Shown: positions 22,292 to 32,088, counted from the stretch's first letter. The stretch: 64,000 nucleotides of DNA from Waddliaceae bacterium (GCA_963771045.1 CAVYRW010000004.1:1873436-1937435); one strand, 5' to 3'. The notes: a model not told the origin generated them from the sequence alone. Numbers and translations: made by a program.

Positions 22292-23368
22292 ATGTTTCTT
22301 CAAAAAATAAAAAAAACCGCTGCAATTTTGGCGGTATTTTTCACAATGACTGGCGCTGTTGCAGCAGACTACGATCCCTACTGCGAGGAGACCTATTGGG
22401 ATCCCTGCGCCTGCGATATGCCCGATTTCCTTGTCTTTGCCGATTTCATCCTCTGGCAAGTACACCCCGAAGGACTGGAATTTGCCCGAAAAGGGGGTAT
22501 GGGTTTAACCTAATGAAACCGCCATCGAAAAAGATGGAACCATAGTGTCGCCCGAGTGCGAACTAGAACCGGGTTTCAGAGTCGGCGTCTTTGTCAACCT
22601 CGACTGCTGCAACTGGGACTTCTACGCCCAATACACCTGGCTGGGACAATGCTTTCAGAATGAAGAAACTCGGCGACAACGCATCCGTCCAACTCCAGCC
22701 GCTTAATTTATAACCGCCCCTTTTCTCCCGATCCTTCCCTCCCTTTACAAAACCAGTGCAAATGGGATTCAAGTCTCAACGTCCTGGATTTCGGCATGGG
22801 ACGAACCTTTTCTATCAACTGCTGCTTTGATTTCCGCCCGCACTTAGGGTTCAAGGCCGCCTGGCAGGAGATCAAATATAATATCCACTACGAAAGAAGA
22901 CCGACGACAACGATCACTGAAAGGTCGATATCGAGAACAAAACCGACTTCAACGGCATCGGCCTTCGCGGCGGATTCGACGCTGCCTGGAGATTCTCGCC
23001 TTGCTTAAGACTAGTCGGCGGAATTGCCAGTGGCTACCCTTTGGTCGGATATCGACGTCCATCGCAAAGACAAATACAATCCAGATATCAATGATACGAA
23101 ATCTAAAGATATTAAAAACATGGGCTACCATATGAAAAACTGCGCTCTGGTTCCCGTTACCGAGCTGCTTCTTGGATTCGCTATGATACGACAATATGCA
23201 ACTGCTATGAAGTTTTTATCTTTGCAGGATGGGAAAACCAGGTATGGTGGAACTTGAACCGCTTCCTTTTTATCAATGGCGGCGGCGAGTGCCGACGGCT
23301 TTCAGTTCGGTCCTCACGGCAACATCACATACCAAGGATTGACTGTCCGCGCAGGAATGGGATTCTAA
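22292..23368 (+). pseudogene. MOMP-like porin, copy 2; at least 3 frame breaks
   Basis: MFLQKIKKTAAILAVFFTMTGAVAADYDPYCEETYWDPCACDMPDFLVFADFILWQVHPEGLEFARKGG... After shifts: ..TIVSPECELEPGFRVGVFVNLDCCNWDFYAQYTWL.., ..NCCFDFRPHLGFKAAWQEIKYNI.. and the end ..GPHGNITYQGLTVRAGMGF*. Confidence 0.75.
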
Positions 23369-23482
23369 ATTTAACTATTTATTATTTGATTCCATTGAGA
23401 ATTTTTAATAAGGCGCTGTCATATCTCCAAAATTTTTTGGAGGTTGGACGATAACGAAATCCAATAAAAAGGAGCGACAACG

Positions 23483-23844
23483 ATGTCTCTTCAAAAAAAT
23501 AAAGCGTTCTTCAGAAGAACGTTCAGGGGGCTTCTTTTAGCGCAGCTTTATTATTGATAACCGGATGCTTTAGTTCCTTAGCGGCAGATTATAATCCCTG
23601 CCATAAGATTCCCAGTGGGGTTCTTGCTGCCTGGATTTTTGCGAAATGCCCGACTTTGTCATTTATGGAAATTTCATCTACTGCCGGGTTCTTCCCGAAG
23701 GACTGGAGTTTGCGAGAAAAGATGGATTCAGCACCGCAGCTACAGAGGGTGTGAGCCAAAAAGGGCATATTGTGTCGCCCGACTCGGACCCCACGGCAAC
23801 CTGAATTATCAGGGATTAAAGTAAGAGCGGGCGTCGGATATTGA
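23483..23844 (+). pseudogene. MOMP-like porin remnant, copy 3 (N-terminus fused to the last roughly 17 codons; barrel core deleted)
   Basis: MSLQKNKAFF.. signal region, then ..CCLDFCEMPDFVIYGNFIYCRVLPEGLEFARKDGF..GHIVSPDS. This runs straight into ..DPHGNLNYQGLKVRAGVGY*, with frame breaks as well. Confidence 0.7.
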
Positions 23845-23924
23845 TCAGCAAGGGCTTTTTTCAAGGCCCTTATACCCAGCTCCTCCCAAGCTTCTCGTTT
23901 TAATTCTTTCAATAAGGATCACAC

Positions 23925-24399
23925 TCATTTAAGCAGAGTGGCATTTTCCGAACAGGGAAATTCGCCATTTTCTTTAGCTTGAAAGATCAATTCGGTTGTC
24001 GAAATGCCTTTTGTGTAAGGAACCAGAGCAATTTGCCTTCTTTAACCGCGGCGCCGTAGTAAAGTCGGTTTTCTTTTCATCAAAGTCATCTCCATGAACG
24101 ACCAACTGGATTTCATGTTCTCGCATAAAACCAGCATTGAGTCTTATAGGACTATTAGCAATCACCTTATGAACAAGCCTGTTTGCTTTTACAGCAGCGC
24201 TTCTTTCCTCGAGGTCCATAATGGGATTTCGCTTATACTCGGAAACCCCATCGCCGCATACCCCACAAACAGTCTGACCTCCGTCCCCCTGCCTTTTCCT
24301 TTCCCTTGCCAATCGCCTTTATAAATATATTTTATGTCCTGAATGAAACAGATCGAAAATTCCGTCCACAAAGACATTATAATGTTCAGTCTTTTGCAT
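23925..24399 (-). pseudogene. Cytidylyltransferase (TagD / CCT-ECT family), at least 3 frame breaks
   Basis: MQKTEHYNVFVDGIFDLFHSGHKIYL (HxGH motif). After shifts: ..VCGDGVSEYKRNPIMDLEERSAAVKA.. and ..IQLVVHGDDF.. . The C-terminus ..VPYTKGISTTELIFQ.. matches the RTEGISTT-type motif. Confidence 0.65.
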
Positions 24400-24613
24400 A
24401 AACCCCCTCTTAAAAAGACACTATAATTGCACCCTAGACAATTGTCAATTTTTGAGGGCACACAACCCAATCTAACAAAAAATCACTATTTATATGAATT
24501 ATGTAGATTATAATTGCCTATAAATGTTATTATTCTAACATCACTTCATCACCCTCTCCTTTGAAAGAAGAAGAGATTTGAATGTGATTGTAACGTTGTT
24601 AAGGAGCTAAGTT

Positions 24614-24877
24614 ATGAATTTATTTGTGAGAAATCTTGCCTACTCGGTAACCGAGGAAAAGTTGCGAGAAGAATTCGAGTCTATTGGAGCCGTTGAAAGC
24701 GCCCGTGTCATTTTAGACCGGGATACCGGGAGATCTCGAGGTTTTGGATTTGTTCAATTTGCCAATCAGGAAGATGGGCAAAAAGCAATTTCAGAACTTG
24801 ATGGCAAGGAAATAGATGGCCGGGCAATTTCTGTACAGGAAGCCAACGAAAATAAAGGTCGAAGAAGAAACGCCTGA
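24614..24877 (+). CDS. RRM (RNP-1/RNP-2) RNA-binding protein
   Basis: 87 aa. RNP-2 is LFVRNL, RNP-1 is RGFGFVQF, with an arginine-rich tail. AAGGAG RBS lies upstream. Confidence 0.85.
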   Translation: MNLFVRNLAYSVTEEKLREEFESIGAVESARVILDRDTGRSRGFGFVQFANQEDGQKAISELDGKEIDGRAISVQEANENKGRRRNA

Positions 24878-24889
24878 TAGTCTTTTATA

Positions 24890-24929
24890 TTGGGATCGCA
24901 AGATCCCAATATCCAATCTTTTTTTTTTA
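24890..24929 (+). terminator. Probable Rho-independent terminator after the RRM gene
   Basis: ATTGGGATC-gcaa-GATCCCAAT forms a perfect 9-bp hairpin (24890-24911). A T10 run at 24920-24929 follows after an 8-nt gap. Confidence 0.55.
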
Positions 24930-24979
24930 CAAAAAATACCTTGAATTGATTTGAGAAGTCGATTAAAATCCGTTGTTTT

Positions 24980-26991
24980 ATGAACACAACAGATGAGATC
25001 AGCTGCCTCACCCCTCTGGTTAAACGACTGACAGCCCTGCAAACTCCTGAGGAAAAGTATAAACTGATTACCCATCAGCCCGACGTCAGCCGCTATCTGT
25101 ACTCACACCCGGAAGTTTTCCGCTTGATCGAAACGTTTCCTCTTGAAGAACGGGTCGGTCTCGCAGCGCTTATCGTCCTTGGGCAAGAAGATGCGGTCTT
25201 TAGTCAAAAGGACCTAAATTTGAAGCCTTTGGCTGCAACCCTTTGCATCACTGAGTTTTTCTTCAAAACAATCGGAGGCGTAGTCGGCTATCACCAGACA
25301 GCCCTCAACAAAAAAACCTAAGCGTAATCCCTATATCACTTTAGAACAGCCCGTCGATTTCGACTTTGAGGGTAGAAAAGCTGAAATGATTCTTCAGGGC
25401 TTAAAAAATCTCGACCGGCTCATCGTTGCCTCTCCGGTAGGAGGAGCCGCAGACAGACTCAATCACATCGACCCAAAAACCGGAGAAGGGCTCCCTGCAG
25501 CTAATTTCACGTTCAACGGCAGGCCTCTTCTTGACGGAATCTACCGCGACCTGCAAGCGCTCGAGTACCTTCATTTTAAGGTCTTTGGAAAGCAGGTGAC
25601 AGTTCCTACAGTTCTGATGACCTCTCATGAAAAAGACAATGACCGCCGCATCCGAGAACTGATTAAGTATCATCGTCCTAAGGATTCCTATCACTTTCTT
25701 GTGCAGCCTTCAGTGCCGGTGATTACCGAAGAAGGGAAATGGGTCTTTTCCGCCCCAGGCGATTTGAAGTTAAAACCAGGCGGCCACGGAGCGATATGGA
25801 AGCTGGCTTTAGACAGCGGACTTTTAGACAAAATGGCTGGAAAAAAGGTGATTACCAGACAAATCAACAACCCCCTTGCCTGGCGCCTGCTTCCCGAACT
25901 TATGGGGGCCGGATTCTGAGAAAGACGCGGCCTTCGGTACTCTCACCTGCGAACGGCCCCGCAACATTTCCGAGGGCATGCTCGTCGTCAAAAAAGATGC
26001 ATCTACCACGCCTCCTACCTTTTGTTTAACCAATATCGAATATTCCTCTTTAAACTTTAATGAAGGCTCTCGTTTTCCCTCGAATACGAATATCATGTTT
26101 TTTGATATAAACGCTGTCAAAAAAGCGACGGAGCAAAACCCCCTCCCCGGCCTTATGATCAATATGAAAAGCTTGTATCCGACAATCGACGGCCGCAAAG
26201 TCCTCGGAGGAAGACTGGAAACCACCATGCAAAATGCCGCCGATGACATTCGCCAGCAAACACCGGAAGATCCTCCAAGCTTTGCCATTTTTGGCCCTCG
26301 CTGCGAAGTTTCATCGACAATAAAGCGTTCCTATGAAAAAGAACTCGCCCAAACTCCCGTCCAGACGTTTTACGACCTTTTAAAAAGGAACAGAAAAGCT
26401 TTCTCTATGAAGCTTCCCCCCAAGGCCTCCCTGGAAGACTACCTCTCTGATGGGCCCAATGTCATCATCGACTTTCATCCTGCCCTTGGCCCCGATGATG
26501 TCATCGGTCAAAAAGTAAAGGGGGGCGAGCTGGTCCAAGGAAGCGAGATGGTCCTGGAAATTGCCGAGCTGCAAATGCAAGACCTTCATCTGGACGGCAG
26601 CCTCAGAATTCTCGCCGACTCCCCTTTAGGTCATTTAGACGACGGCGTGCTTCAATACTCCGACAAATGCGGAAAATGCCGATTAATCAATGTCACAGTC
26701 AAAAATCAGGGAATCGACAGGGGTAAAGTGACTCAGTGGTGGAAAGGCGATCATCCTCGAAAAGAATCCTGCGAAATCATCATACATGGCAGCGGAGAAT
26801 TTTTCGCGGAAAATCTGACCTTTCTAGGGAACTTCCAAATAGAAGTCCCCTCTGGCACTCGTATCACCGCCAAAGAAAAAAATGGAAAAATCATTCTTTT
26901 TAAAGAAAAGATTTTACACCCTTCCTGGTCATGGGCCTATCGTCCTGACCCTCAATCAAAGATAATTCTAGAAAATAAAACATTTTTTTAG
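24980..26991 (+). pseudogene. UDP-sugar pyrophosphorylase (UDPGP/UAP family)-like protein, at least 2 frame breaks (A-run near 25310, and near 25890)
   Basis: ..LIVASPVGGAADRLN.. corresponds to the GGxGTRLG position. ..LKLKPGGHGAIWKLAL.. corresponds to the PDGNGG position. ORF 24980-25321 joins 25386 in frame only if the A7 run is shifted. The C-terminal left-handed-helix-like part is 25876-26991. Confidence 0.6.
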
Positions 26992-27029
26992 TAAAATAGT
27001 TATTTAATGTAAATATAGGTGATTTGCCA

Positions 27030-29192
27030 ATGTTTATCAAAAAATTATTAATTTCATTTGTCTTATTAAGCGGTGTTTTTTGTTCGCCATTATTTAGTTC
27101 CCAAGACAAAAAAGAGACAACTGTTCAGGCTGAACTTCCCAATCCCATAAACCTGAAAACTAACTGGTGGGACTATTTTACTGTCGAAGGAAAGAAATAT
27201 AAAAAACACACTGAAGCTATCAAGGAAGAGCTTGAAAAAATTCTTGCTGGATTGGAAAACGATCAAAAGGACCAGGCGGCCGTTCTGATTAAAAGGCTGA
27301 CCGGCAATATTGAGGCTTATGTCGAAGTTAAACGGGAAAAAGTTGAAAAACCCGCTCCCAAACCGTTTTTAGACAGCTACAACCTCCAGCAGCAGATCGA
27401 TGTCGCCAAACAAGTTTCTTATGAGCGGTCGCTTTTCGATAGCGAAAAAAAAGAGGCCAAGTTCTTAAGCAACCGCCTCTCGAAACTATCGAGCCATCTT
27501 GACAAACTAATCGTTTCCTATCAGGAAATGAAAGAACACAACTTTCAAAAATTAATTCAAGGCCTTGAAATCCTCAACACCCGGTTCACTGTTGCCATCA
27601 ATAAAGAAAAACTGAGGGTGGCACGGGAAAAAATCGACATAACAGCCGATCAACTCGACAATTCCTTAGAAGAGCTTAACTACGCCAGAAAACACATTGA
27701 CTACGGCGACATTAATATCGCTGAAATCGAAAGCGAGCTGGCTTCGGCAAAACAAGAGCTGGAAAAAAACCGCCATGAATCGCTTCAACATGAGCTGAAA
27801 GCTCAGCCGGTTTCCGATAATTCCCTCTCGGGAAAGCTTAAAGGCTCACTGCAGCAATTAAAAGAACATAAAACATCAGTCAAAGAACTTTCTGCAGAAC
27901 TAGCTGTCCTGATGCAGCAGATCAAATTAGGCATTGCAAACCCGCCGGAGAATATTGAGCAGCTTGAGAAGGATTATGAAAACTGGTCTAGCAAACTAAA
28001 CAATATCAAAGATCAGAAAAGTGAATGGGAAAAGAAAAACGAAGAAGAGCTGAATCGCTTTAAGTCCGTTGCCGAAGAGGAGCCCTCGCTCGATAACGAA
28101 ATCGAAAACCTTCAGGCCGAAAGGATCAAACTCACTCAGGAAAACCGTCTCCTCCTTCAGCAAGTAGGAGGAAAAGTCTTTACGACCGGCGTCGTGCTCG
28201 ATCAATTCGGACAAATCATTCAAAGTCAAAAATCGCCCCTGAGCCGGTGGTGGTCGGGTACGCTCGATTCGATCGAAAACTGCTGTACGGGCATCATTTC
28301 CTGGTACAACCAAACCCTGTTTAAAATCGGCGAGCAGCCCATTACAGTCAAAAACATTGTCAAAGCCCTCCTCGTTCTGATCTTCACCTACTTTATTTCC
28401 TATTTTGTCCGCAAACTCCTTTCAAATGCTTTCAGGAAAAAAACGAATGTCTCCCATGGCTTTATCTATTCAATCAACCGGCTGATCCATTATGTCATCC
28501 TCACCATCGGCCTTGTCATCGCCATGACAAGCATTGGCCTGGACTTCGACAGGATATTTATCGTTGTCGGCGCACTCAGCGTCGGTATCGGTTTTGGTCT
28601 GCAGAGCATCGTTAATAACTTTGTCTGCGGTCTGATCATTCTCTTTACCCGAAACATTAAAGTGGGCGATTATATCGAGCTGGGCAATGGACAGTGGGGA
28701 TCGGTCTCGGCGATTCACGTGCAAAACACCATCATCCGCACCTGGGACGGAACAGACATTGTGATCCCTAATTCAACGCTTGTTTCCGAACGTTATACCA
28801 ACTGGACAAGACGGGACCCCTACAAACGTTTTCACATCCCCTTTTGCGTTGCTTTCGGCACAGACAAGGAAAAAATTGAAGAGGCCGCCATCAAAGCCGC
28901 CCTAAACGTTCCCGCTACAGTCGGAAAAGCGCAAGGTGTGAACGATCCCCAGTGCTGGCTGGTCGATTTCGGAGAAAACGGCCTGATGTTCGAGCTTGTT
29001 GTTTGGACAAACGTCTTCCGCTCGGGCAACCACGGCTCGGTTAAAGGGTCCTACTACTGGGAACTTGAATCGGCCATCACCGAATGCGGCTTCCAGATCC
29101 CCTATCCCAAGCGAGACATTTATGTGAAGGAAGAGCCCAGCCGCCAAAACAAATATTCGGCCGCTTATAATCCCGTGAAAGCTAGAGAGTGA
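27030..29192 (+). CDS. Mechanosensitive channel, MscS/MscK family, with a long coiled-coil periplasmic N-terminus
   Basis: Signal peptide MFIKKLLISFVLLSGVFCSPLFS. A coiled-coil region of about 350 aa. MscS core ..VGALSVGIGFGLQSIVNNFVCGLIILFTRNIKVGDYIELGNGQWGSVSAIHVQNTIIRTWDGTDIVIPNS... Intact. Confidence 0.85.
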   Translation: MFIKKLLISFVLLSGVFCSPLFSSQDKKETTVQAELPNPINLKTNWWDYFTVEGKKYKKHTEAIKEELEKILAGLENDQKDQAAVLIKRLTGNIEAYVEVKREKVEKPAPKPFLDSYNLQQQIDVAKQVSYERSLFDSEKKEAKFLSNRLSKLSSHLDKLIVSYQEMKEHNFQKLIQGLEILNTRFTVAINKEKLRVAREKIDITADQLDNSLEELNYARKHIDYGDINIAEIESELASAKQELEKNRHESLQHELKAQPVSDNSLSGKLKGSLQQLKEHKTSVKELSAELAVLMQQIKLGIANPPENIEQLEKDYENWSSKLNNIKDQKSEWEKKNEEELNRFKSVAEEEPSLDNEIENLQAERIKLTQENRLLLQQVGGKVFTTGVVLDQFGQIIQSQKSPLSRWWSGTLDSIENCCTGIISWYNQTLFKIGEQPITVKNIVKALLVLIFTYFISYFVRKLLSNAFRKKTNVSHGFIYSINRLIHYVILTIGLVIAMTSIGLDFDRIFIVVGALSVGIGFGLQSIVNNFVCGLIILFTRNIKVGDYIELGNGQWGSVSAIHVQNTIIRTWDGTDIVIPNSTLVSERYTNWTRRDPYKRFHIPFCVAFGTDKEKIEEAAIKAALNVPATVGKAQGVNDPQCWLVDFGENGLMFELVVWTNVFRSGNHGSVKGSYYWELESAITECGFQIPYPKRDIYVKEEPSRQNKYSAAYNPVKARE

Positions 29193-29280
29193 TAGCTAAT
29201 CTCACAGGATCTCAAGGCAAGTTATACAGGATGCTGCTCCGGATTCGTCCTTAAATGCCAAGGGGGCATATAAATCAACC

Positions 29281-29712
29281 TCACCGCCACGGGAGATGCA
29301 TTTCATTCCCATCGTCATCATTGATGGCCGAGTCGATGCCGATGACCAGAAAATGGTCGGTCCGCTCATCTCCGACATTAAAAAGCTGATGAGAGACATT
29401 TGCCGGGCAGATGAGTGTTGAAGGCGCCTCGCAAAGAATTTCTTCATCGCCGACAACCGCTAAGATCTTTCCTTGAAGAATAATAAAAACTTCTTCGGTT
29501 TCATGAACATGCCTGGGAGTTCTTGACCCGACCGCGATGCTTGACCTCCAGACTTCATACTGATTGGCACCTAAAGTTTTAGAGGAAAGAGCTTGAAGTG
29601 TATTTCCGTTATGCCCGAATTTAGGAATCGTATCGTGAGAAACACAGACGGCAGCAGGATCGGCAGAGAGAATGCCGCTGACTAATAGAAGAGAGAAAAA
29701 ATACCTTAACAT
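29281..29712 (-). CDS. Secreted cupin-domain protein
   Basis: Signal peptide MLRYFFSLLLVSGILSA. Cupin motifs ..SRTPRHVHETEEVFIILQG.. and ..PANVSHQLFN... Confidence 0.7.
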   Translation of the reverse strand: MLRYFFSLLLVSGILSADPAAVCVSHDTIPKFGHNGNTLQALSSKTLGANQYEVWRSSIAVGSRTPRHVHETEEVFIILQGKILAVVGDEEILCEAPSTLICPANVSHQLFNVGDERTDHFLVIGIDSAINDDDGNEMHLPWR

Positions 29713-29723
29713 GGAAAACCTCC

Positions 29724-30176
29724 TTAAATACCGGAAATTTTAAGCGCCATTGTTTTAGAAATCAATTCAAAAATCGAGGTTTCCTTGAACAGATTTGACA
29801 AACAAAGAAATAGCGGAGAAGGAAGCTTCTCGCATTCAAACCATTTCCACTGCAGGCATTTGCCTGGCTCATTAACAACAGGAGTTCCCTCGAACCGTGG
29901 CACAATCATGTATAAAGTTACATAATGTTTGCCCTCGATCTCAAAAAAATCATTGGTCCAGGGACCGGCAATCACCTCTTTAGCCACGAGACCTGCCTCT
30001 TCTTCCAGCTCTCTTACCGCGCATTCCTCCGGACTTTCTCCAAACTCCAAGTGACCGCCCGGCAAACCCCATGTCCCTGCTCCATGGGCATTGATCCTTT
30101 CTCCAAAAAGGATTTTATTCTCATGGATCACAAAAACACCAATACCAACTCTTGGATGTGTTTGAAGCTTAGTCAT
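29724..30176 (-). CDS. NUDIX hydrolase
   Basis: Nudix box GGHLEFGESPEECAVRELEEEAG. 150 aa. Its 5' end overlaps the upstream gene by 8 nt. Confidence 0.85.
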   Translation of the reverse strand: MTKLQTHPRVGIGVFVIHENKILFGERINAHGAGTWGLPGGHLEFGESPEECAVRELEEEAGLVAKEVIAGPWTNDFFEIEGKHYVTLYMIVPRFEGTPVVNEPGKCLQWKWFECEKLPSPLFLCLSNLFKETSIFELISKTMALKISGI

Positions 30177-31521
30177 AATCGTCTCTCTTATAATGCAAAG
30201 TTGATAGGGTACTAGCGCTCCTTCCAGCAGTCAAGATTCTCTCGGATTGTAATTTTGAAAATGAAGATCCATCTAAGCCATACTGCCCTACAATTTCAAA
30301 CCCATTCCTAACAAGTAACTCCTCAAGTTCATCGGCTGTATAAAGCTGCAAACTAAACTTCTCTCTAATGGTCACAGATTTTTCTGACCCCTCCTGGATA
30401 TAAAATTCATCGAATGAAGTGAGACGGCCAGACAATCTATCCAGGATAGATGTTTGAATATGGCGAATCGTTGTTTCATTGAGTGACTTCTTGATATCCA
30501 TAGCCAAATTCTTCACAGCTTCATCAGTTAAAGCCTGCAAATTAAAAATATCAAAAATATAAATCCCACCAGGCTTGAGGTTTCCTTTGATGTTTTTCAG
30601 AGTTGTTTCGAAATCTTTCTTGGTTAAATGACCGATGGCATTAAAGATCGTGATCACCGCATCAAATTTCCCTAAGCGAACCTCACGCATATCACCATGG
30701 TGAAAAGATATAGAGAAGCCAGCATCCTTCGCCTTTTCTGAGGCAATTTTGAGTAATTCATGGCTTTGGTCCGAACCGACTACTTGAAATCCTTTCTTAG
30801 TTAACCAAATCACCTGCGCACCTGTTCCACACGTTAGATCCAAAACCGTTTTTGCTTGGTTTTCTCGAAGGATTTTATCTATAGCTAAGTGCGTTGACTC
30901 ATTATTTTCTTGAGTTAGAAGGTCGTAGTAATTGGATAAGTTGCTATATTCGAGGGGAAGTCCTAGTGAATTCGTTTCTTTTGTTACTTGTGTACTCGGG
31001 CCCAGCTGCTTCATATCTAACCCCATCATATAATGGGGATGAGGGCTATGAGAGGGAATAAATTCACCTAAAATTTTGAATCCAAACTTTTCATAAACAT
31101 GAACAGCGCGAGAGTTAGATGCTTCAGGGTCAATTAAGACCTCTTCAACTTCAGGAAACTCACTCAAGAGAAACTCTTTGATAATGAGATAAGAAAGTTT
31201 CTTCCCCAAATACTCTTCCTCACCAATTAACATATCCAAAGTGATGGTCGTACCCTTGGCAACACACCATTTAGAAAGCTCATCTTCGGGCTTTTTCACC
31301 AGTGATGTTATCAAAAATGCAAAAGGTTTATCTCTATCGCAAGCAAGCCAATACTTTGTGTCAGATACACCTTCAATGAATTCATTAATTCCCTTTAATG
31401 TATTTGCGAGACCATCTCCATAAAACCACTTTGCCACATACGGTTTTGTGAGCCAATTGCGTATGAGAGCTCGGTCATTTACGCTTACTGGCCTGAAGGT
31501 GCATTCTAATTGGTTTCTCAT
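30169..31521 (-). CDS. Fusion protein: AAC(6')-Ib-like GNAT (Acetyltransf_8-type) domain plus class I SAM-dependent methyltransferase
   Basis: N-terminal half ..FRPVSVNDRALIRNWLTKPYVAKWFYG.. ..LIGEEEYLGKKLSYLIIKEFLL..VLIDPEASNSRAVHVYEKFGFKILG... C-terminal half ..VLDLTCGTGAQVIWLTKKGFQVVGSDQS.. (motif I) and ..FDAVITIFNAIGHL... Start taken at MRNQLE (31521). Confidence 0.75.
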   Translation of the reverse strand: MRNQLECTFRPVSVNDRALIRNWLTKPYVAKWFYGDGLANTLKGINEFIEGVSDTKYWLACDRDKPFAFLITSLVKKPEDELSKWCVAKGTTITLDMLIGEEEYLGKKLSYLIIKEFLLSEFPEVEEVLIDPEASNSRAVHVYEKFGFKILGEFIPSHSPHPHYMMGLDMKQLGPSTQVTKETNSLGLPLEYSNLSNYYDLLTQENNESTHLAIDKILRENQAKTVLDLTCGTGAQVIWLTKKGFQVVGSDQSHELLKIASEKAKDAGFSISFHHGDMREVRLGKFDAVITIFNAIGHLTKKDFETTLKNIKGNLKPGGIYIFDIFNLQALTDEAVKNLAMDIKKSLNETTIRHIQTSILDRLSGRLTSFDEFYIQEGSEKSVTIREKFSLQLYTADELEELLVRNGFEIVGQYGLDGSSFSKLQSERILTAGRSASTLSTLHYKRDDYD

Positions 31522-31685
31522 TACAGCCCTCAGTGTGTCACACAGCCTTTGTGAGGCTATTACTTTCCTTAAAAATAACCATAACCCTATCAACTTAGTC
31601 AAGTTTCCGAGATCGAACAAAATGGCAGTTGCGAAAAGATCGAGTCTCACCCATCAATACAAAGTTGATAAAGTACTAGTGTTAG

Positions 31686-31775
31686 CTTGCTCGGGAAAAG
31701 ACTCGAACCTTCACGGGATTGCTCCCAAGGGATTTTAAGTCTCCGAAGCTTTCATAATACCGCATAACACAGCCT
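31686..31775 (-). pseudogene. Degenerate tRNA-Leu(UAA)-like sequence (non-functional copy or att-site remnant)
   Basis: The minus strand reads ..GGAGACTTAAAATCCCTTGGGAGCAATCCCGTGAAGGTTCGAGTCTTTTCCCGAGCA. The anticodon loop, a variable-arm hairpin (GGGA/TCCC), the T-loop TTCGAGT and the 3' acceptor strand all resemble the tRNA at 36693-36775. The 5' acceptor strand (GCTGTGT) and the D-arm (no GG) do not fold. Confidence 0.6.
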
Positions 31776-32088
31776 AACTTTTCGAGAGAAAATATAGCAG
31801 AAACGATCATTGGCCGCATCAAAATTGTCACAAAAATTATGGAAAGAAAGCAAATGTTCTGACCCATGAGTGACCTATGCGGCTATCGAGTCCACTAAGC
31901 CTGTTTGACCAATTCTTTATCCAGTGAGACAGATAAATAACTTATAATCTATAACTTCCACTGAAAAGATAGGAACAAGTCAGTACAAGCAAAGAATAAA
32001 AGAACTTGTACTGCTCTACACTACAATAAAAAATTAACTAAGGGGGTACTTTTCGCTGTCGCAAATGGGTTACTTTCTGATGTCGTTT

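Larger units (their letters stand above)
20990..23844 (+). repeat. Tandem array of three MOMP-like porin paralogues with conserved RBS and start context
   Basis: The start contexts aaaaaggagtgacatcaATG (21012), ataaaggagcgatatcaATG (22292) and aaaaaggagcgacaacgATG (23483) are near-identical. The coding regions share long similar blocks. Confidence 0.75.

Noticed and set aside
24471-24613. Promoter call upstream of the RRM gene around the TATAAT at about 24517
   Set aside because: A good -10 hexamer is present, but no acceptable -35 lies at 16-18 nt spacing. TATAAT-like strings are common in this AT-rich spacer.
31780-32088. Search for an integrase or recombinase remnant next to the degenerate tRNA-Leu, including the hairpin AGTACAAG..CTTGTACT near 31981-32011
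   Set aside because: No frame gives any recombinase-like motif (no R..HxxR..Y pattern). Only short stop-riddled ORFs are present. ORF 31682-31867 overlaps the tRNA-like sequence and looks spurious.
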